From NCBI GenBank assembly GCA_937890335.1, contig CALBXO010000741.1:1-51251 (forward strand): a DNA stretch of 51,251 nt, written 5' to 3'. Below are positions 16,092 to 25,879 of the stretch, in pieces. Source of the DNA: an uncultured Pseudomonadota bacterium (GTDB lineage: Bacteria > Myxococcota_A > Bradymonadia > Bradymonadales > GCA-2716585). The notes beneath the pieces were generated by a model. It worked only from the letters and a program-made list of their open reading frames with translations. It did no database searches and was not told the origin of the DNA. Positions within the stretch are counted from its first letter, which is position 1; every line of letters starts with the position of its first letter. The translations under genes were made by a program, and so were the position numbers.

Positions 16092-16631
16092 ATGTTCCCT
16101 CGAATCTTGATCGCGTTCGTCTCCTGGGTCTGGGGATTCCTGGGCTGGTTGGGCGGCGGCGTCGTTGCCGGCATCGTCGGCCTGGTCCTGTTCGTGGCGA
16201 GCCCAACCGTCTTCGACAAAACCGTGGTCGTCTTGCTCGTACTCCTTGGCAGCGGGCTTGGACGCGTTGTCGCATCGGCCGTACTTCACAGCATCGGCAC
16301 GCTGATGCTGCCAGTCGAAACACGCGGAAAGGCCTGGCTCCGAGGCCTGGCGATTGCCTGCGCCTCGCGGGGCGCGTTGGACGCACTGCTGCACATCCAA
16401 TTCGACCCCGGGCCCACCGTCCGGGCCATTCTCGCTCCCGCCGCCACGTTGGCCGAGTTGGAGCAGGTGGCGGTGCTGGCAGTGTGGGCGATGACGGTCG
16501 CCGTCTCCACGCTCGCGGGGTTGGCGGTCGATCTCCATACGGCCCGCACACTGGACCGGCAAGAGACGCTTCGGAAGCGGCCATCGCCAGCGTCCCAACC
16601 GGCAGGCCAGAATGCCATCGCCGCCGCCTGA
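16092..16631 (+). CDS. Four-TM membrane protein, tandem paralog 2 of 3
   Basis: I take the start at the internal ATG 16092 (MFPRILIAFVSWVWGFLGWLGGGVVAGIV...). The helix layout and motifs match paralogs 1 and 3. Confidence 0.8.
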   Translation: MFPRILIAFVSWVWGFLGWLGGGVVAGIVGLVLFVASPTVFDKTVVVLLVLLGSGLGRVVASAVLHSIGTLMLPVETRGKAWLRGLAIACASRGALDALLHIQFDPGPTVRAILAPAATLAELEQVAVLAVWAMTVAVSTLAGLAVDLHTARTLDRQETLRKRPSPASQPAGQNAIAAA

Positions 16632-16724
16632 CCTGCCGCGTCCAATGGCCTCGCACACCGCCCTCATTTATTGATGGCTCATCGGAGAGCACGAACCCCG
16701 CAACCCCCTGCACATCGGGGCCCA

Positions 16725-16878
16725 CAAGAAAAAGAGAAAAAGGACGCAACGGCGGCATCGGGCGCCCGTGAACTCCTCAAAAGGCGGCGGGGGAAGTCAC
16801 CTAACGCCACGTCGGTTCGGCTCCAATCCCGAGGCCTGGCCGCTGCGCCTGTCAGATTCCGAACGGACGAGGTTCACC
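16725..16878 (+). promoter_or_regulatory. Conserved leader/upstream element, copy B
   Basis: See copy A. GTGAACTCCTC (16768-16778) is complementary to GAGGTTCAC (16869-16877), which lies just upstream of ATG 16879. Confidence 0.5.
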
Positions 16879-17427
16879 ATGTTCAACCGCACCATGCTCT
16901 CGTACATCTCCTGGCTCTCCGGCGTCTTCGGCTGGGTCGCAGGCGCCCTCATCGCCATCGCTTTCGTCAAATACATGGGCCGGGCCTACCCAGGGGCGCT
17001 GCACGTCCAGACCTCCCTCTTCCTCTGGATCGTCACCCCCGGTCTGGGGCGCATTGCGGTCTCCGCCATCGTCCATGGGATCGGGTCGATGACCCTTCCT
17101 GCGCAAGAGCGCGGGGCCGCCTGGCTGCGCATGATGAGCATCGGCGCGGCGTCGCCCGTCATGTTCCTGGCGCTCCTGACGGTGCAGCTCCGACCAACCC
17201 TCCTGGACCACGACCTCCTCCAACCCATGATCGAGTTTCATGAGATCGTCGGCGCCCTCGTGCTCGGCACCTGGGCCCTGGGATTCTTCTGCGCCACCCT
17301 CGCCGGGCATTTGACCGATCTGCAGTGTGAGCGGCTGGACGCGCCTCAGGAGGCTGCGCGGCACGAGAGCCTGGGCAATCCCGCGCGGCACACGGGGGCC
17401 CACGGCGTGCTCGCCAATGTCGCCTGA
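16879..17427 (+). CDS. Four-TM membrane protein, tandem paralog 3 of 3
   Basis: I take the start at the internal ATG 16879 (MFNRTMLSYISWLSGVFGWVAGALIAIAFV...). The first codons and the upstream 16 nt are nearly identical to paralog 1 (GAGGTTCACCATGTTC). Confidence 0.8.
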   Translation: MFNRTMLSYISWLSGVFGWVAGALIAIAFVKYMGRAYPGALHVQTSLFLWIVTPGLGRIAVSAIVHGIGSMTLPAQERGAAWLRMMSIGAASPVMFLALLTVQLRPTLLDHDLLQPMIEFHEIVGALVLGTWALGFFCATLAGHLTDLQCERLDAPQEAARHESLGNPARHTGAHGVLANVA

Positions 17428-17591
17428 CAACCCAGTGATCTCGCAATCCAAGATCCCCTCTCTCCAATCCGAGACATTGCTACTCTGGGTCCCAGTGAAA
17501 ACAGACAGTGACGACGTGGGGCAGGTGGCACATATGTTGTACTACCTGGCCGGGAAGCCAGGCTGCTGAGGTCTTTGGAGGACGAGAAGTA

Positions 17592-20500
17592 ATGCGAATT
17601 GGATCATGGATGATGTGGGTGCTCGCCGCGGGATTGCTCGTGGCGTCGTGCACCGAGGGGCCGCGACGCCTCGAGCTGCCACCCAAGGGGCAGCCAGTGC
17701 CTGCTTTCCCCGCCGCGCAGCCCGCCAATGGTGAACAAGCCCAGGCGGGAACCGACCTGGAGGTCGTGCTCACACAGCCTACTGGGGCGGTGTTCAAGTT
17801 GAGCGCTGTGAACATCGGTTTCAACCAGCCGATGACGCTGGACCCAAGCGAGGAACCGGGCTGCGGTCTGGTTCGAATCTCGCCGCCGCTCGACGGCACG
17901 TGCCGCTGGCTGGGGCCCAACACGCTCAGCTTCGTGCCGCGGCAGCGCCTGCCCCTCGCCACGACGTTCGACGTGACCGTGCCCGCGACCGCGCGGGCCG
18001 CCAGCGGTAAAGCCCTCGGCAAGGAACAACACTTCTCGTTCTACACGCCCGGGCTGAGTGTCGTTCGGTACGATCCCTCCTGGTACTCGGCCAAGATCGC
18101 CCCCGACGAGCAGCTCTTCGTCCAGTTCAATCTCCCGGTCAATCCGGAGGCGATGCGCTCCGCGGTCAGCCTGCGCAACACCGCGGCGAATAAGACCGTC
18201 CCCGTGAAAGTGACGGTGGCGACCAAAGACCGGGGCGGGGACGCCGTCGAAGGCGAGGGACGCGCGTTCCACATCCAGCCCACCGAGCGCCTGGCCGCCG
18301 GCACTCGCTACATTCTTCAGATCGCCAAAGGGCTTCGCCCCACCGAGGGCTCGGTGGGCCTGTCCACAGAGTGGGCTCGGGAGTTCACAACCTATGGCGA
18401 CTTCGCCGTACACGACGTCCGATGCGGGTGGGGCGAGTGCACGCCGGACTCGCCCTGGGTGATCGAGTTCACCAACCCGATCAACCAGAAGGACGTGGAG
18501 AAGTGCATCACCGTCCGGCCCAAGGTCGACCTGGGCACCAGCTACGCCTACTCGCGCAGCGTCACGTTCCGACCCAAGGGAAAGCCCGCGACCAGCTACG
18601 ACGTGACGGTCAATGGCAAGTGCAAGGACCGGCTCGGCAACGCGCTCGCCCGCGCCACCACCCGGACCCTGACCGTGGGCCACTACCCGCCGCGGATCAC
18701 GATGTCTCGCGGCGTGAGCTACATGGAGCTGCCCGAGGTCGCCAACGGCGCGATCCGCTACCCGGTCACGTTCCTGAACACACCGGACATCAACCTGCGG
18801 ATGCGGCGCCTGACGGAGGCCGACATTCCGAAGTTCATGGAGAAGTTCAGCGAGTGGTCCAGCGACGATGTGCTCGTCGGAGACTGGTCGCCGCAGGTGT
18901 CACGACCGTTCGGCACGCGCCTCAAGGAGGACGTGAAGAAGACCTATGGCGTCAACCTGCGTGAGGTGGTCGGCGACGCCGGCGCCGGCGTCGTCTACCT
19001 GGACGTGCAGTCGGATCGTTTTGACAGCCGTCGCGGGTACTACGGCACGAGATTCCACAAGAGCGTGGTGCAGATCACGGACATTGGCCTGACGGTCAAA
19101 TACAGCCCCGAGAACATCTCGGTCTGGACCACGAGCCTGGGCTCCGCCGAGCCGCTGGCCGGCGTTCGCGTCGCCCTTCGCACCCTGAGCGGCGAGCTGC
19201 TGTGGGAGGGCAAATCCAACGCGGACGGCATCGCCCTCGGGCCCGGTGTCAAGAGCTTCAAGGGCAAGAAGCCGCGCTACGTCTTTGCCACTCGCGCCAA
19301 GGAGCTCAGCTTCCTCGACCTGGAGGACTGGAAGCTCGAGGTCCACCCCTACCGCTTCAACATTCCGTACGAGTGGGACGCCCCCAGGGCACGGGTTCTG
19401 GGTCAGATCTTCACCGAGCGCGGTGTCTACCGCCCTGGTGAGAAGGTTCACGTGAAGGGCTGGCTGCGACTGGACGAGGGGAGACAGCTCAAGGTGCTCC
19501 CCACCGACAAGGCGCAGGTCACCGTCAAGGACAGCACGGGCAACGTCGTGCTCGACAGGGAGGTAACCATGACCGACCTGGACGGACTCGATGTGGAGAT
19601 TCCCGTCGCGGGCGACGCGCCGCTGGGTACCTGGTACGTGAGCGCCAAACCCGTGGGTGACGTGGACGCCGAGGGCACGGCCAACGGCAGCTTCCGGGTG
19701 GAAGCGTACCGCGCTCCGGACTTTGAAGTCGTCGTGACACCCGCCTCCAAAGACACGTTCGTCACGCAGAAGGCCAAGGTCGAGCTGTCGGGGCAGTACC
19801 TGTTTGGCGCGCCCATGGCGGGCGCGAAGGTCAGCTGGTCCGCCATTCGGCGCGGGCGCGACTTCCAGCCCAGCGGCTGGAAGAACTGGTCCTTTGGCAA
19901 GCAGGCGGACCGGTTCTGGTGGTACGACCACGACGAGCGGTCCAACCTGCACGTCGGCGGCGAGGAGACACGGCTGTCGGCAGCGGGCACCGTGGAGCTC
20001 GATCTGGACATGGTGGCCAGCGACGAGATCGACGGGCCCCAGGAGCTCGTCATCGAGGCTGAGGTCACCGACGTCAACCGGCAGGTGGTCTCCGGTCGCT
20101 CCACGCTGCGGGTCCACCCCGGCGCGTACTACGTCGGCCTCAAGGCGCCCGGCTACATGACGGAGTCCGGCAAGACGCTGGGCATCGGCGTCGCCGCGGT
20201 CACGCCGGACGGCAAACCCGTCGTCGGACGGTCTGTCACGCTGGAGCTCCAGAAGCGCGTGTGGCAATCGGTACGCAAGAAGGTGGCGGGCGGCGGGTAC
20301 TCCTGGATCTCGGAGCGCTCGGACACCACCGTGGACACCTGCGCCGTCAAGACCCGCAAGGACGTGGTCAATTGCGACTTCAAGATCGCCAAGGCCGGCT
20401 ACTACACGCTGCGCGGCATGAGCACCGACGCCGCGGGCCGCAAGGTCGAGACCTCCACCAGCATGTACGCGTATGGCGGGGGCTACTCCTGGTGGGGCAA

Positions 20501-23330
20501 CAGCGACGACGAGCGCATCGACGTCATCCCCGACCAGCAGAAGTACAAGGTGGGCGACACGGCGCGCATGCTGGTGAAATCACCGTTCAGGAAGGCCCGC
20601 GCGCTCGTCAGCATCGAGCGCAATGGCATCCTCGAGCAGAAGGTGCTCGCCCTCAACGGCAGCGCATCCACCATCGAAGTCCCCGTGACCGAGGACATGC
20701 TCCCCAACGCCTTCGTGTCCGTGGTCCTCATCCGGGGCCGCCTCGACGACGCGCCCGACGACGGCACCACCATCGACCCTGGCAAACCGGCGTTCAAAGC
20801 CGGCTACGCGACCGTTACCGTGGACCGGGGCGAGAAGGTCCTGGACGTGGGCATCGAGACCAACGCCAAAGTCTACCGGCCGGGCGACACCGTGCGCGCC
20901 AAGGTCCTGCTCAAGGACTTTGCCGGCAACCCGACCGCGGGCGAGGTGACCTTCATGGCGGTGGACGAAGGCGTGCTGAGCCTCACAGGCTACCGCACGC
21001 CGAACCCCATCGAGGTCTTCTACCGCAAGCGCAGCCTCAGCGTGCTGATGGCCGAGAGTCGCAAGGCCGTTATCGCCAAGGTCGACGCTGCCGAGGAGGA
21101 CGGCGACAAGGGTGACGACGGCGGCGGCGGCGAGGGCGGGGGCGGCGCGCCGGCCAACTACCGGGCTGCGTTTGCCACGACCGCGACGTTCATCCCGACA
21201 CTCAAGGTAGGCGCCGACGGCTTTGCCGACCTGGAGTTCAAGCTCCCGGACAACCTCACAGCCTTCCGCCTCATGGCCGTCGCGGTGGGCGCGGACAACC
21301 GCTTTGGCTCCACCGACACGCGCATCCAGGTGCAGAAGCCCCTGATTGTCCGGCCGGCCCTGCCACGGTTCAACGCGACCGGCGACACGTTTGACGTGCG
21401 CGCAGTGGTCCAGACCGTGGGCGACCACGCCGGTGAGGTTGAGCTTGTCGCCGAGGTCTCGGGGCCCGTCGAGCTCGTAGGGGCACAGCGACAGGTTGTC
21501 ACGCTTGCCCCTGGTCAGTCCAAAGAGGTCAGCTTCCCTGCGCGCGTTGGCGCGCCGGGCATGGCCACGTTCAAGTTCAGGGCGAAGGCAATCTCGGGAT
21601 TCCAAGCCTCGGACGCGGTCAAACTGGATCTCCCCGTCAAGTACCCAGCCGTGACGCGGCGCCTGGTCGAGACCGGGAAGGTCCGCGCCGTCAAGGGCAA
21701 CGAGGGGTCCGTGTGGAAGCAACTCACGCTTCCACGCGACATCCGCTCCGATGTGGGCGGCCTGACCATCGAGATGTCGAGCTCACAACTCGGCGAGCTG
21801 GTGCCCGGCCTGCAATACCTGATGGGCTATCCCTACGGTTGCGTGGAGCAAACCACCGGCAAGACGCTGCCGCTGGTGGCCATGCAGCTTCTGCTCGGCG
21901 AGGTGCAGCTGCCGGGTATCTCCCAGGCACAGTCGCTGGAGTACGCACAGGCAGGCGTGGACCGATTGTTCACGATGCAGACCTGGGCTGGCGGCCTCGG
22001 GTACTGGCCCGGCGCCGACGAGGTCCACCCCTGGGGCACCGTGTACGGCGGGCTCGCGCTGGTCCAGGCGTCCCGCGTCAAGGGCCTCAATGTGGACCAG
22101 GACAAACTGGACCGCCTCCTGGGCTACCTGCGTGAGATGGTGCGCGGCGAGACGACTTCCCCGGACTGGTACAGCACCGGGGCCGCCACCAACACCGAAG
22201 CGTTCGCTGCCTACTTGCTGGCCGTCGCAGGCGAGCCGGAACCCAGCGCGATGACGCGCCTGTTCGAGCGCCGCAAGGACCTCAACCCGTTCGGCAAGGC
22301 GCTGCTAAGCCTGGCCCTCCTGCAGGGCGGCGGCGAGCCGTCGATGGCGGAGACGCTGCTCGGCGAGCTGACCTCGACGATGTACGAGGACGGCGCGATG
22401 GCCAGCATCTCCACGGAAGGCTTTGACCAGCTGGACGAAATCATGGACTCGGACGTGCGCACGAACGCGCTGGGACTGATGGCGCTGCACCGGGCGCAAC
22501 CCGGGTCGGCTCTGGTGGACAAGCTCGCGCGCGGGCTGCTCGAGCGCCGCAGCGCCGGTCGCTGGATCAACACCCAGGACAACGCGTTTGCCGTGCTGGG
22601 GCTCATGGACTACTTCCACGCCCAGGAGAAGGACGCCCCCAACTTCACCGCGGCCGTGGGCCTCGGCGGTGAGTTGATGGGGGAGGAGCGCTTTGCCCGG
22701 CGCGGCATGGATGTGCGGACCGTGCACATCCCCATGCAGAAGCTCAAGGGTATGGATGGGCAGACGCTGACCCTGCTGCGCGATGGGCCGCGGGGCACGC
22801 TGCACTACACCATGCGCCTGGAGTACGTGGAGTCCAACCCGCCGACCACGCCCTACGACGGCGGGTTCACGCTGCGTCGCGAGTACATCGCCCACGACGG
22901 GGCAAACGCCGGCCAGATCGTCACGGCCCTCAAGCCCGGGCAAGTCGTCCAGGTGCGGCTGACGATGGTGATTCCAGTGGACCGCCACTACGTCGCCATC
23001 GAGGACCCACTCCCCGCGGGTCTGGAGCCCATCAACACGAAGTTCGCGACCACGGCAGCCAGCCTGACGGCGGCGGCGGACAAGGCCAACGCGCCCGACT
23101 GGGACGACTGGCATTGGTGGTACGACCATTACGACTTCGACCGCATCGAGCAGCGCGACGACAGGGTGCTCCTCTTCGCCGACTACTTCCCGCAGGGCGT
23201 GTACACGCACACCTACCTGGCGCGCGCGACCACGCCGGGGTCCTACACGGTGCCGTCGGCCCGCGTGGAGGAGATGTACAAGCCGAACGTCTTCGGGCGC
23301 ACGGGCTCCTTCAAGCTGGAGGTGCGCTGA
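17592..23330 (+). CDS. Bacterial alpha-2-macroglobulin family lipoprotein (YfhM/ECAM-like) with an intact thioester motif
   Basis: The start is ATG 17592, with GGAGGA 9 nt upstream. The lipoprotein signal is MRIGSWMMWVLAAGLLVASC. The protein is 1912 aa and the thioester motif GYPYGCVEQTTGK has CVEQ at 21840-21851. It lies immediately upstream of pbpC, the classic gene pair. Confidence 0.93.
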   Translation: MRIGSWMMWVLAAGLLVASCTEGPRRLELPPKGQPVPAFPAAQPANGEQAQAGTDLEVVLTQPTGAVFKLSAVNIGFNQPMTLDPSEEPGCGLVRISPPLDGTCRWLGPNTLSFVPRQRLPLATTFDVTVPATARAASGKALGKEQHFSFYTPGLSVVRYDPSWYSAKIAPDEQLFVQFNLPVNPEAMRSAVSLRNTAANKTVPVKVTVATKDRGGDAVEGEGRAFHIQPTERLAAGTRYILQIAKGLRPTEGSVGLSTEWAREFTTYGDFAVHDVRCGWGECTPDSPWVIEFTNPINQKDVEKCITVRPKVDLGTSYAYSRSVTFRPKGKPATSYDVTVNGKCKDRLGNALARATTRTLTVGHYPPRITMSRGVSYMELPEVANGAIRYPVTFLNTPDINLRMRRLTEADIPKFMEKFSEWSSDDVLVGDWSPQVSRPFGTRLKEDVKKTYGVNLREVVGDAGAGVVYLDVQSDRFDSRRGYYGTRFHKSVVQITDIGLTVKYSPENISVWTTSLGSAEPLAGVRVALRTLSGELLWEGKSNADGIALGPGVKSFKGKKPRYVFATRAKELSFLDLEDWKLEVHPYRFNIPYEWDAPRARVLGQIFTERGVYRPGEKVHVKGWLRLDEGRQLKVLPTDKAQVTVKDSTGNVVLDREVTMTDLDGLDVEIPVAGDAPLGTWYVSAKPVGDVDAEGTANGSFRVEAYRAPDFEVVVTPASKDTFVTQKAKVELSGQYLFGAPMAGAKVSWSAIRRGRDFQPSGWKNWSFGKQADRFWWYDHDERSNLHVGGEETRLSAAGTVELDLDMVASDEIDGPQELVIEAEVTDVNRQVVSGRSTLRVHPGAYYVGLKAPGYMTESGKTLGIGVAAVTPDGKPVVGRSVTLELQKRVWQSVRKKVAGGGYSWISERSDTTVDTCAVKTRKDVVNCDFKIAKAGYYTLRGMSTDAAGRKVETSTSMYAYGGGYSWWGNSDDERIDVIPDQQKYKVGDTARMLVKSPFRKARALVSIERNGILEQKVLALNGSASTIEVPVTEDMLPNAFVSVVLIRGRLDDAPDDGTTIDPGKPAFKAGYATVTVDRGEKVLDVGIETNAKVYRPGDTVRAKVLLKDFAGNPTAGEVTFMAVDEGVLSLTGYRTPNPIEVFYRKRSLSVLMAESRKAVIAKVDAAEEDGDKGDDGGGGEGGGGAPANYRAAFATTATFIPTLKVGADGFADLEFKLPDNLTAFRLMAVAVGADNRFGSTDTRIQVQKPLIVRPALPRFNATGDTFDVRAVVQTVGDHAGEVELVAEVSGPVELVGAQRQVVTLAPGQSKEVSFPARVGAPGMATFKFRAKAISGFQASDAVKLDLPVKYPAVTRRLVETGKVRAVKGNEGSVWKQLTLPRDIRSDVGGLTIEMSSSQLGELVPGLQYLMGYPYGCVEQTTGKTLPLVAMQLLLGEVQLPGISQAQSLEYAQAGVDRLFTMQTWAGGLGYWPGADEVHPWGTVYGGLALVQASRVKGLNVDQDKLDRLLGYLREMVRGETTSPDWYSTGAATNTEAFAAYLLAVAGEPEPSAMTRLFERRKDLNPFGKALLSLALLQGGGEPSMAETLLGELTSTMYEDGAMASISTEGFDQLDEIMDSDVRTNALGLMALHRAQPGSALVDKLARGLLERRSAGRWINTQDNAFAVLGLMDYFHAQEKDAPNFTAAVGLGGELMGEERFARRGMDVRTVHIPMQKLKGMDGQTLTLLRDGPRGTLHYTMRLEYVESNPPTTPYDGGFTLRREYIAHDGANAGQIVTALKPGQVVQVRLTMVIPVDRHYVAIEDPLPAGLEPINTKFATTAASLTAAADKANAPDWDDWHWWYDHYDFDRIEQRDDRVLLFADYFPQGVYTHTYLARATTPGSYTVPSARVEEMYKPNVFGRTGSFKLEVR

Positions 23331-23331
23331 G

Positions 23332-25752
23332 ATGACGGCACGACGGCGACGGCTCATCTCGAGCCTCAAATGGGGGGGGCTGGTCTCCTCCACCCTCATG
23401 GCGCTCTTCCTGGTGTGGGTTGTCGCCGTCGAGTTCCCGGTCGAAATGCTCGAGGAGACCGCGTTCACCTCCGTCCTGGTGGTGGACCGAGATGGACAGC
23501 CGCTGCGGGAAGTCCTGGGCACCGGTGACCGCCGGGCCCGGTGGCTGAAGCGGGGCGAGATCGCCAGCGACGTGGTGCTCGCGACGATTCATGCAGAGGA
23601 CAAGAGATTCCACGAACACGACGGTGTCGACCCCGTCGCCGTCACCCGATCCATCTGGTACAACCTGCGCCGACAGCGGCTGGTCACCGGCGCGTCCACA
23701 CTGACGCAACAGACGGTAAAGCTCGTGATGCCCAGGGGCCGCAGGGATGTGGCGGCCAAGGCCATGGAGGCCATCTGGGCGGTACGCCTCGAGCGGACGC
23801 TGAGCAAGGACGAGATCCTCGAGCAGTACCTCAACCGAACGCCCTATGGGCACCAGCGGTTCGGGATTGAGGCCGCCGCGCGCCTGTACTTTGGCAAGTC
23901 CGCGTCGCGTCTGAGTCTGGCGGAGGCCACGCTCCTGGCAGGGTTGCCGCAGGCTCCCAGCGCCAACGATCCCTACCGCCACTTTGAGCGCGCCCGAAAG
24001 CGCCAATTGCTGCTGCTCGGTCAGATGCTCGAGCGGGACGCCATCAGCCAGGGCGCCCACGACCGCGCCGTCGCGGAGCGGATCGTCCTTCAGCCCAAAG
24101 ACGGGGTGCTCCGGGCGCCTCACTTTGCCCAGCACGCGCTGGACAGCTGCCCACGCGTGGAGCGGTCCAAGGGCTGCGTCGCCGAGGTTCGCACAACGCT
24201 GGATCTCCAGCTTCAGACCAAAGTGGAAGGCATCGTCCGGACCCAGCTGCGCGAGCTCAAAGACAAGAACGTCAACCAGGCGGCGGTGGTGGTGCTCGAC
24301 AACCGCACGGGGAAGGTCCTGGCCTGGGTCGGCAGCGACGACTACTTCGACGCAGCGCGGCTCGGGGCCAATGACGGCGTCACCGCCCGCCGCCAGCCAG
24401 GCTCCACGCTCAAGCCCCTCGTGTACGCACTTTACTTCGAGCGGGGTGGCTCACCTGCGGACCTGATCGCCGACCTCCCCACTGAGTTTCCCACCAAGGA
24501 GGGCGTGTACGTCCCGCAGAACTTCAGCCGCACCTACCGCGGGCCGATCAGCGTGCGCGACGCGCTCGGCAACTCGCTCAACGTTCCTGTGGTTGCCGTG
24601 GCGGCCGAGCTCGGCCCCAAGGCCATCCTGGATCGTCTCCACGCGCTGAACTTCCACACCATGGACCAGGAACCGGATCACTACGGCCTGGGCATTGCCC
24701 TTGGCGACGGTGACGCTCGCCTGCTCGACCTCGCCGGCGCCTACGCCGCGCTGGCCCGTGGCGGCGAGTACATCGAACCCAATTGGCTGATGGACGCGCG
24801 GCCGCGGCGGCGGCAGGTCATCTCCCCGGAGGCGAGCTACCAGATCCTGGACATCCTGGCCGATGACGACGCCCGCGCGCTGAGCTTTGGTCGCGCCGGC
24901 GTCCTGGCGCTGCCCTACCGCGTCGCGGTCAAGACGGGCACGAGCACGCATTTCCGCGACGCGTGGACCATCGGCACAACCCCGGATTTCACCGTGGCGG
25001 CATGGACCGGCAACTTCGACGGCGCGCCGATGCACCGCATCAGCGGCACCCGCGGCCCCGCGCCGATCCTTCGGCACGTCTTCCAAGCCCTCTACCCCCA
25101 CGCGGCCGGACCCGGCGACGTGCCGTGGTTCACGACGCCCCGCGGCGTGGAGCAGCACCAGGTCTGCGCCTTCAGCGGCCAGCCCGCCGGCCCCCAATGC
25201 TCCCATCGCCGCCTGGAGGTGTTCGCCCACGGCCGTCGCGGCGCGTCGGGCGCCATGGGCATTGACGGACACCACACGCCCGGCGCGGACACCTGCCAGA
25301 TGCACGTCGCGCTTCCCATCGACAAGCGCAACGGCCAGCGCGCCACCGCCAGCTGCGACCCCGCCTTCGTCGAGACCGCCGTCTTCCATCGCGTGCCGCC
25401 GGCGTGGCAGGAGTGGGCGCTCGAACAAGGCCTCGCGCCCCCGCCGGCCGGCTACTCGCCGCTGTGCGGCCCCAACCTCAACGCGGACGCGCACTCTGAG
25501 CGCCCCTACATCGCGCACCCACTGGACGGGGACGAATTCCTGCTCACCGGCGCGCCCCACGACAACGCGCGTTCCATGCCGATGCGCGCCCTCTACGACG
25601 GCCCAGAAGATCTAACCTGGTACGTGGACGGGAAAGCCATTGGCACCGTCGATCGCCCCTTCATGACGCGCTGGATGATGACCCGCGGCCCCCACACCGT
25701 CGGCGTCGGACGAGGCGGAATCGAGACCAGCGTGCGCATCGAAGTGCGCTGA
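23332..25752 (+). CDS. pbpC: Penicillin-binding protein 1C (bifunctional glycosyltransferase/transpeptidase)
   Basis: The GT51 motifs are HAEDKRFHEHDGVD and GASTLTQQ. The transpeptidase motifs are SxxK (GSTLKPLVY) and KTG (VKTGTS), followed by a C-terminal PBP1C-type extension. The start is 1 nt after the alpha-2-macroglobulin stop. Confidence 0.93.
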   Translation: MTARRRRLISSLKWGGLVSSTLMALFLVWVVAVEFPVEMLEETAFTSVLVVDRDGQPLREVLGTGDRRARWLKRGEIASDVVLATIHAEDKRFHEHDGVDPVAVTRSIWYNLRRQRLVTGASTLTQQTVKLVMPRGRRDVAAKAMEAIWAVRLERTLSKDEILEQYLNRTPYGHQRFGIEAAARLYFGKSASRLSLAEATLLAGLPQAPSANDPYRHFERARKRQLLLLGQMLERDAISQGAHDRAVAERIVLQPKDGVLRAPHFAQHALDSCPRVERSKGCVAEVRTTLDLQLQTKVEGIVRTQLRELKDKNVNQAAVVVLDNRTGKVLAWVGSDDYFDAARLGANDGVTARRQPGSTLKPLVYALYFERGGSPADLIADLPTEFPTKEGVYVPQNFSRTYRGPISVRDALGNSLNVPVVAVAAELGPKAILDRLHALNFHTMDQEPDHYGLGIALGDGDARLLDLAGAYAALARGGEYIEPNWLMDARPRRRQVISPEASYQILDILADDDARALSFGRAGVLALPYRVAVKTGTSTHFRDAWTIGTTPDFTVAAWTGNFDGAPMHRISGTRGPAPILRHVFQALYPHAAGPGDVPWFTTPRGVEQHQVCAFSGQPAGPQCSHRRLEVFAHGRRGASGAMGIDGHHTPGADTCQMHVALPIDKRNGQRATASCDPAFVETAVFHRVPPAWQEWALEQGLAPPPAGYSPLCGPNLNADAHSERPYIAHPLDGDEFLLTGAPHDNARSMPMRALYDGPEDLTWYVDGKAIGTVDRPFMTRWMMTRGPHTVGVGRGGIETSVRIEVR

Positions 25753-25879
25753 TCCGGAGCCCACCGCCGCGGCCCAGGCGCAACACCCGACGACCACGCC
25801 GAGCAGGTGGCGCGATCGCGCAATGCGCGCCGGTGAAGGCGCGGTTGCGCGAGGACGCGCGACACCTTACAACCGGCCC

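Noticed and set aside
15466-16758. 430-aa minus-strand ORF across the membrane-paralog array
   Set aside because: The translation is Arg/Pro-rich junk. The plus-strand genes show three mutually homologous 4-TM proteins with good GC3 bias.
4745-17427. Complete eCIS/PVC/Afp-type or T6SS locus
   Set aside because: Only the accessory-type components are present: a DUF4157 protein and an Afp15-like AAA+. I found no sheath, tube, baseplate (gp25/gp27/gp6-like), spike/PAAR, tape-measure or tail-fibre ORF on either strand anywhere in the window.
17604-23522. A series of long minus-strand ORFs (17604-18683, 18900-20267, 20580-21722, 22305-23522)
   Set aside because: All are antisense to the alpha-2-macroglobulin gene, which is continuous for 1912 codons with a lipobox and a CVEQ thioester. 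The antisense translations are low-complexity.
25810-25821. A 12-bp perfect palindrome GCGCGATCGCGC upstream of tyrS, considered as a regulatory site or T-box element
   Set aside because: Short GC palindromes are expected by chance in DNA of about 70% GC. No T-box specifier or antiterminator architecture is visible in the 127-nt leader.
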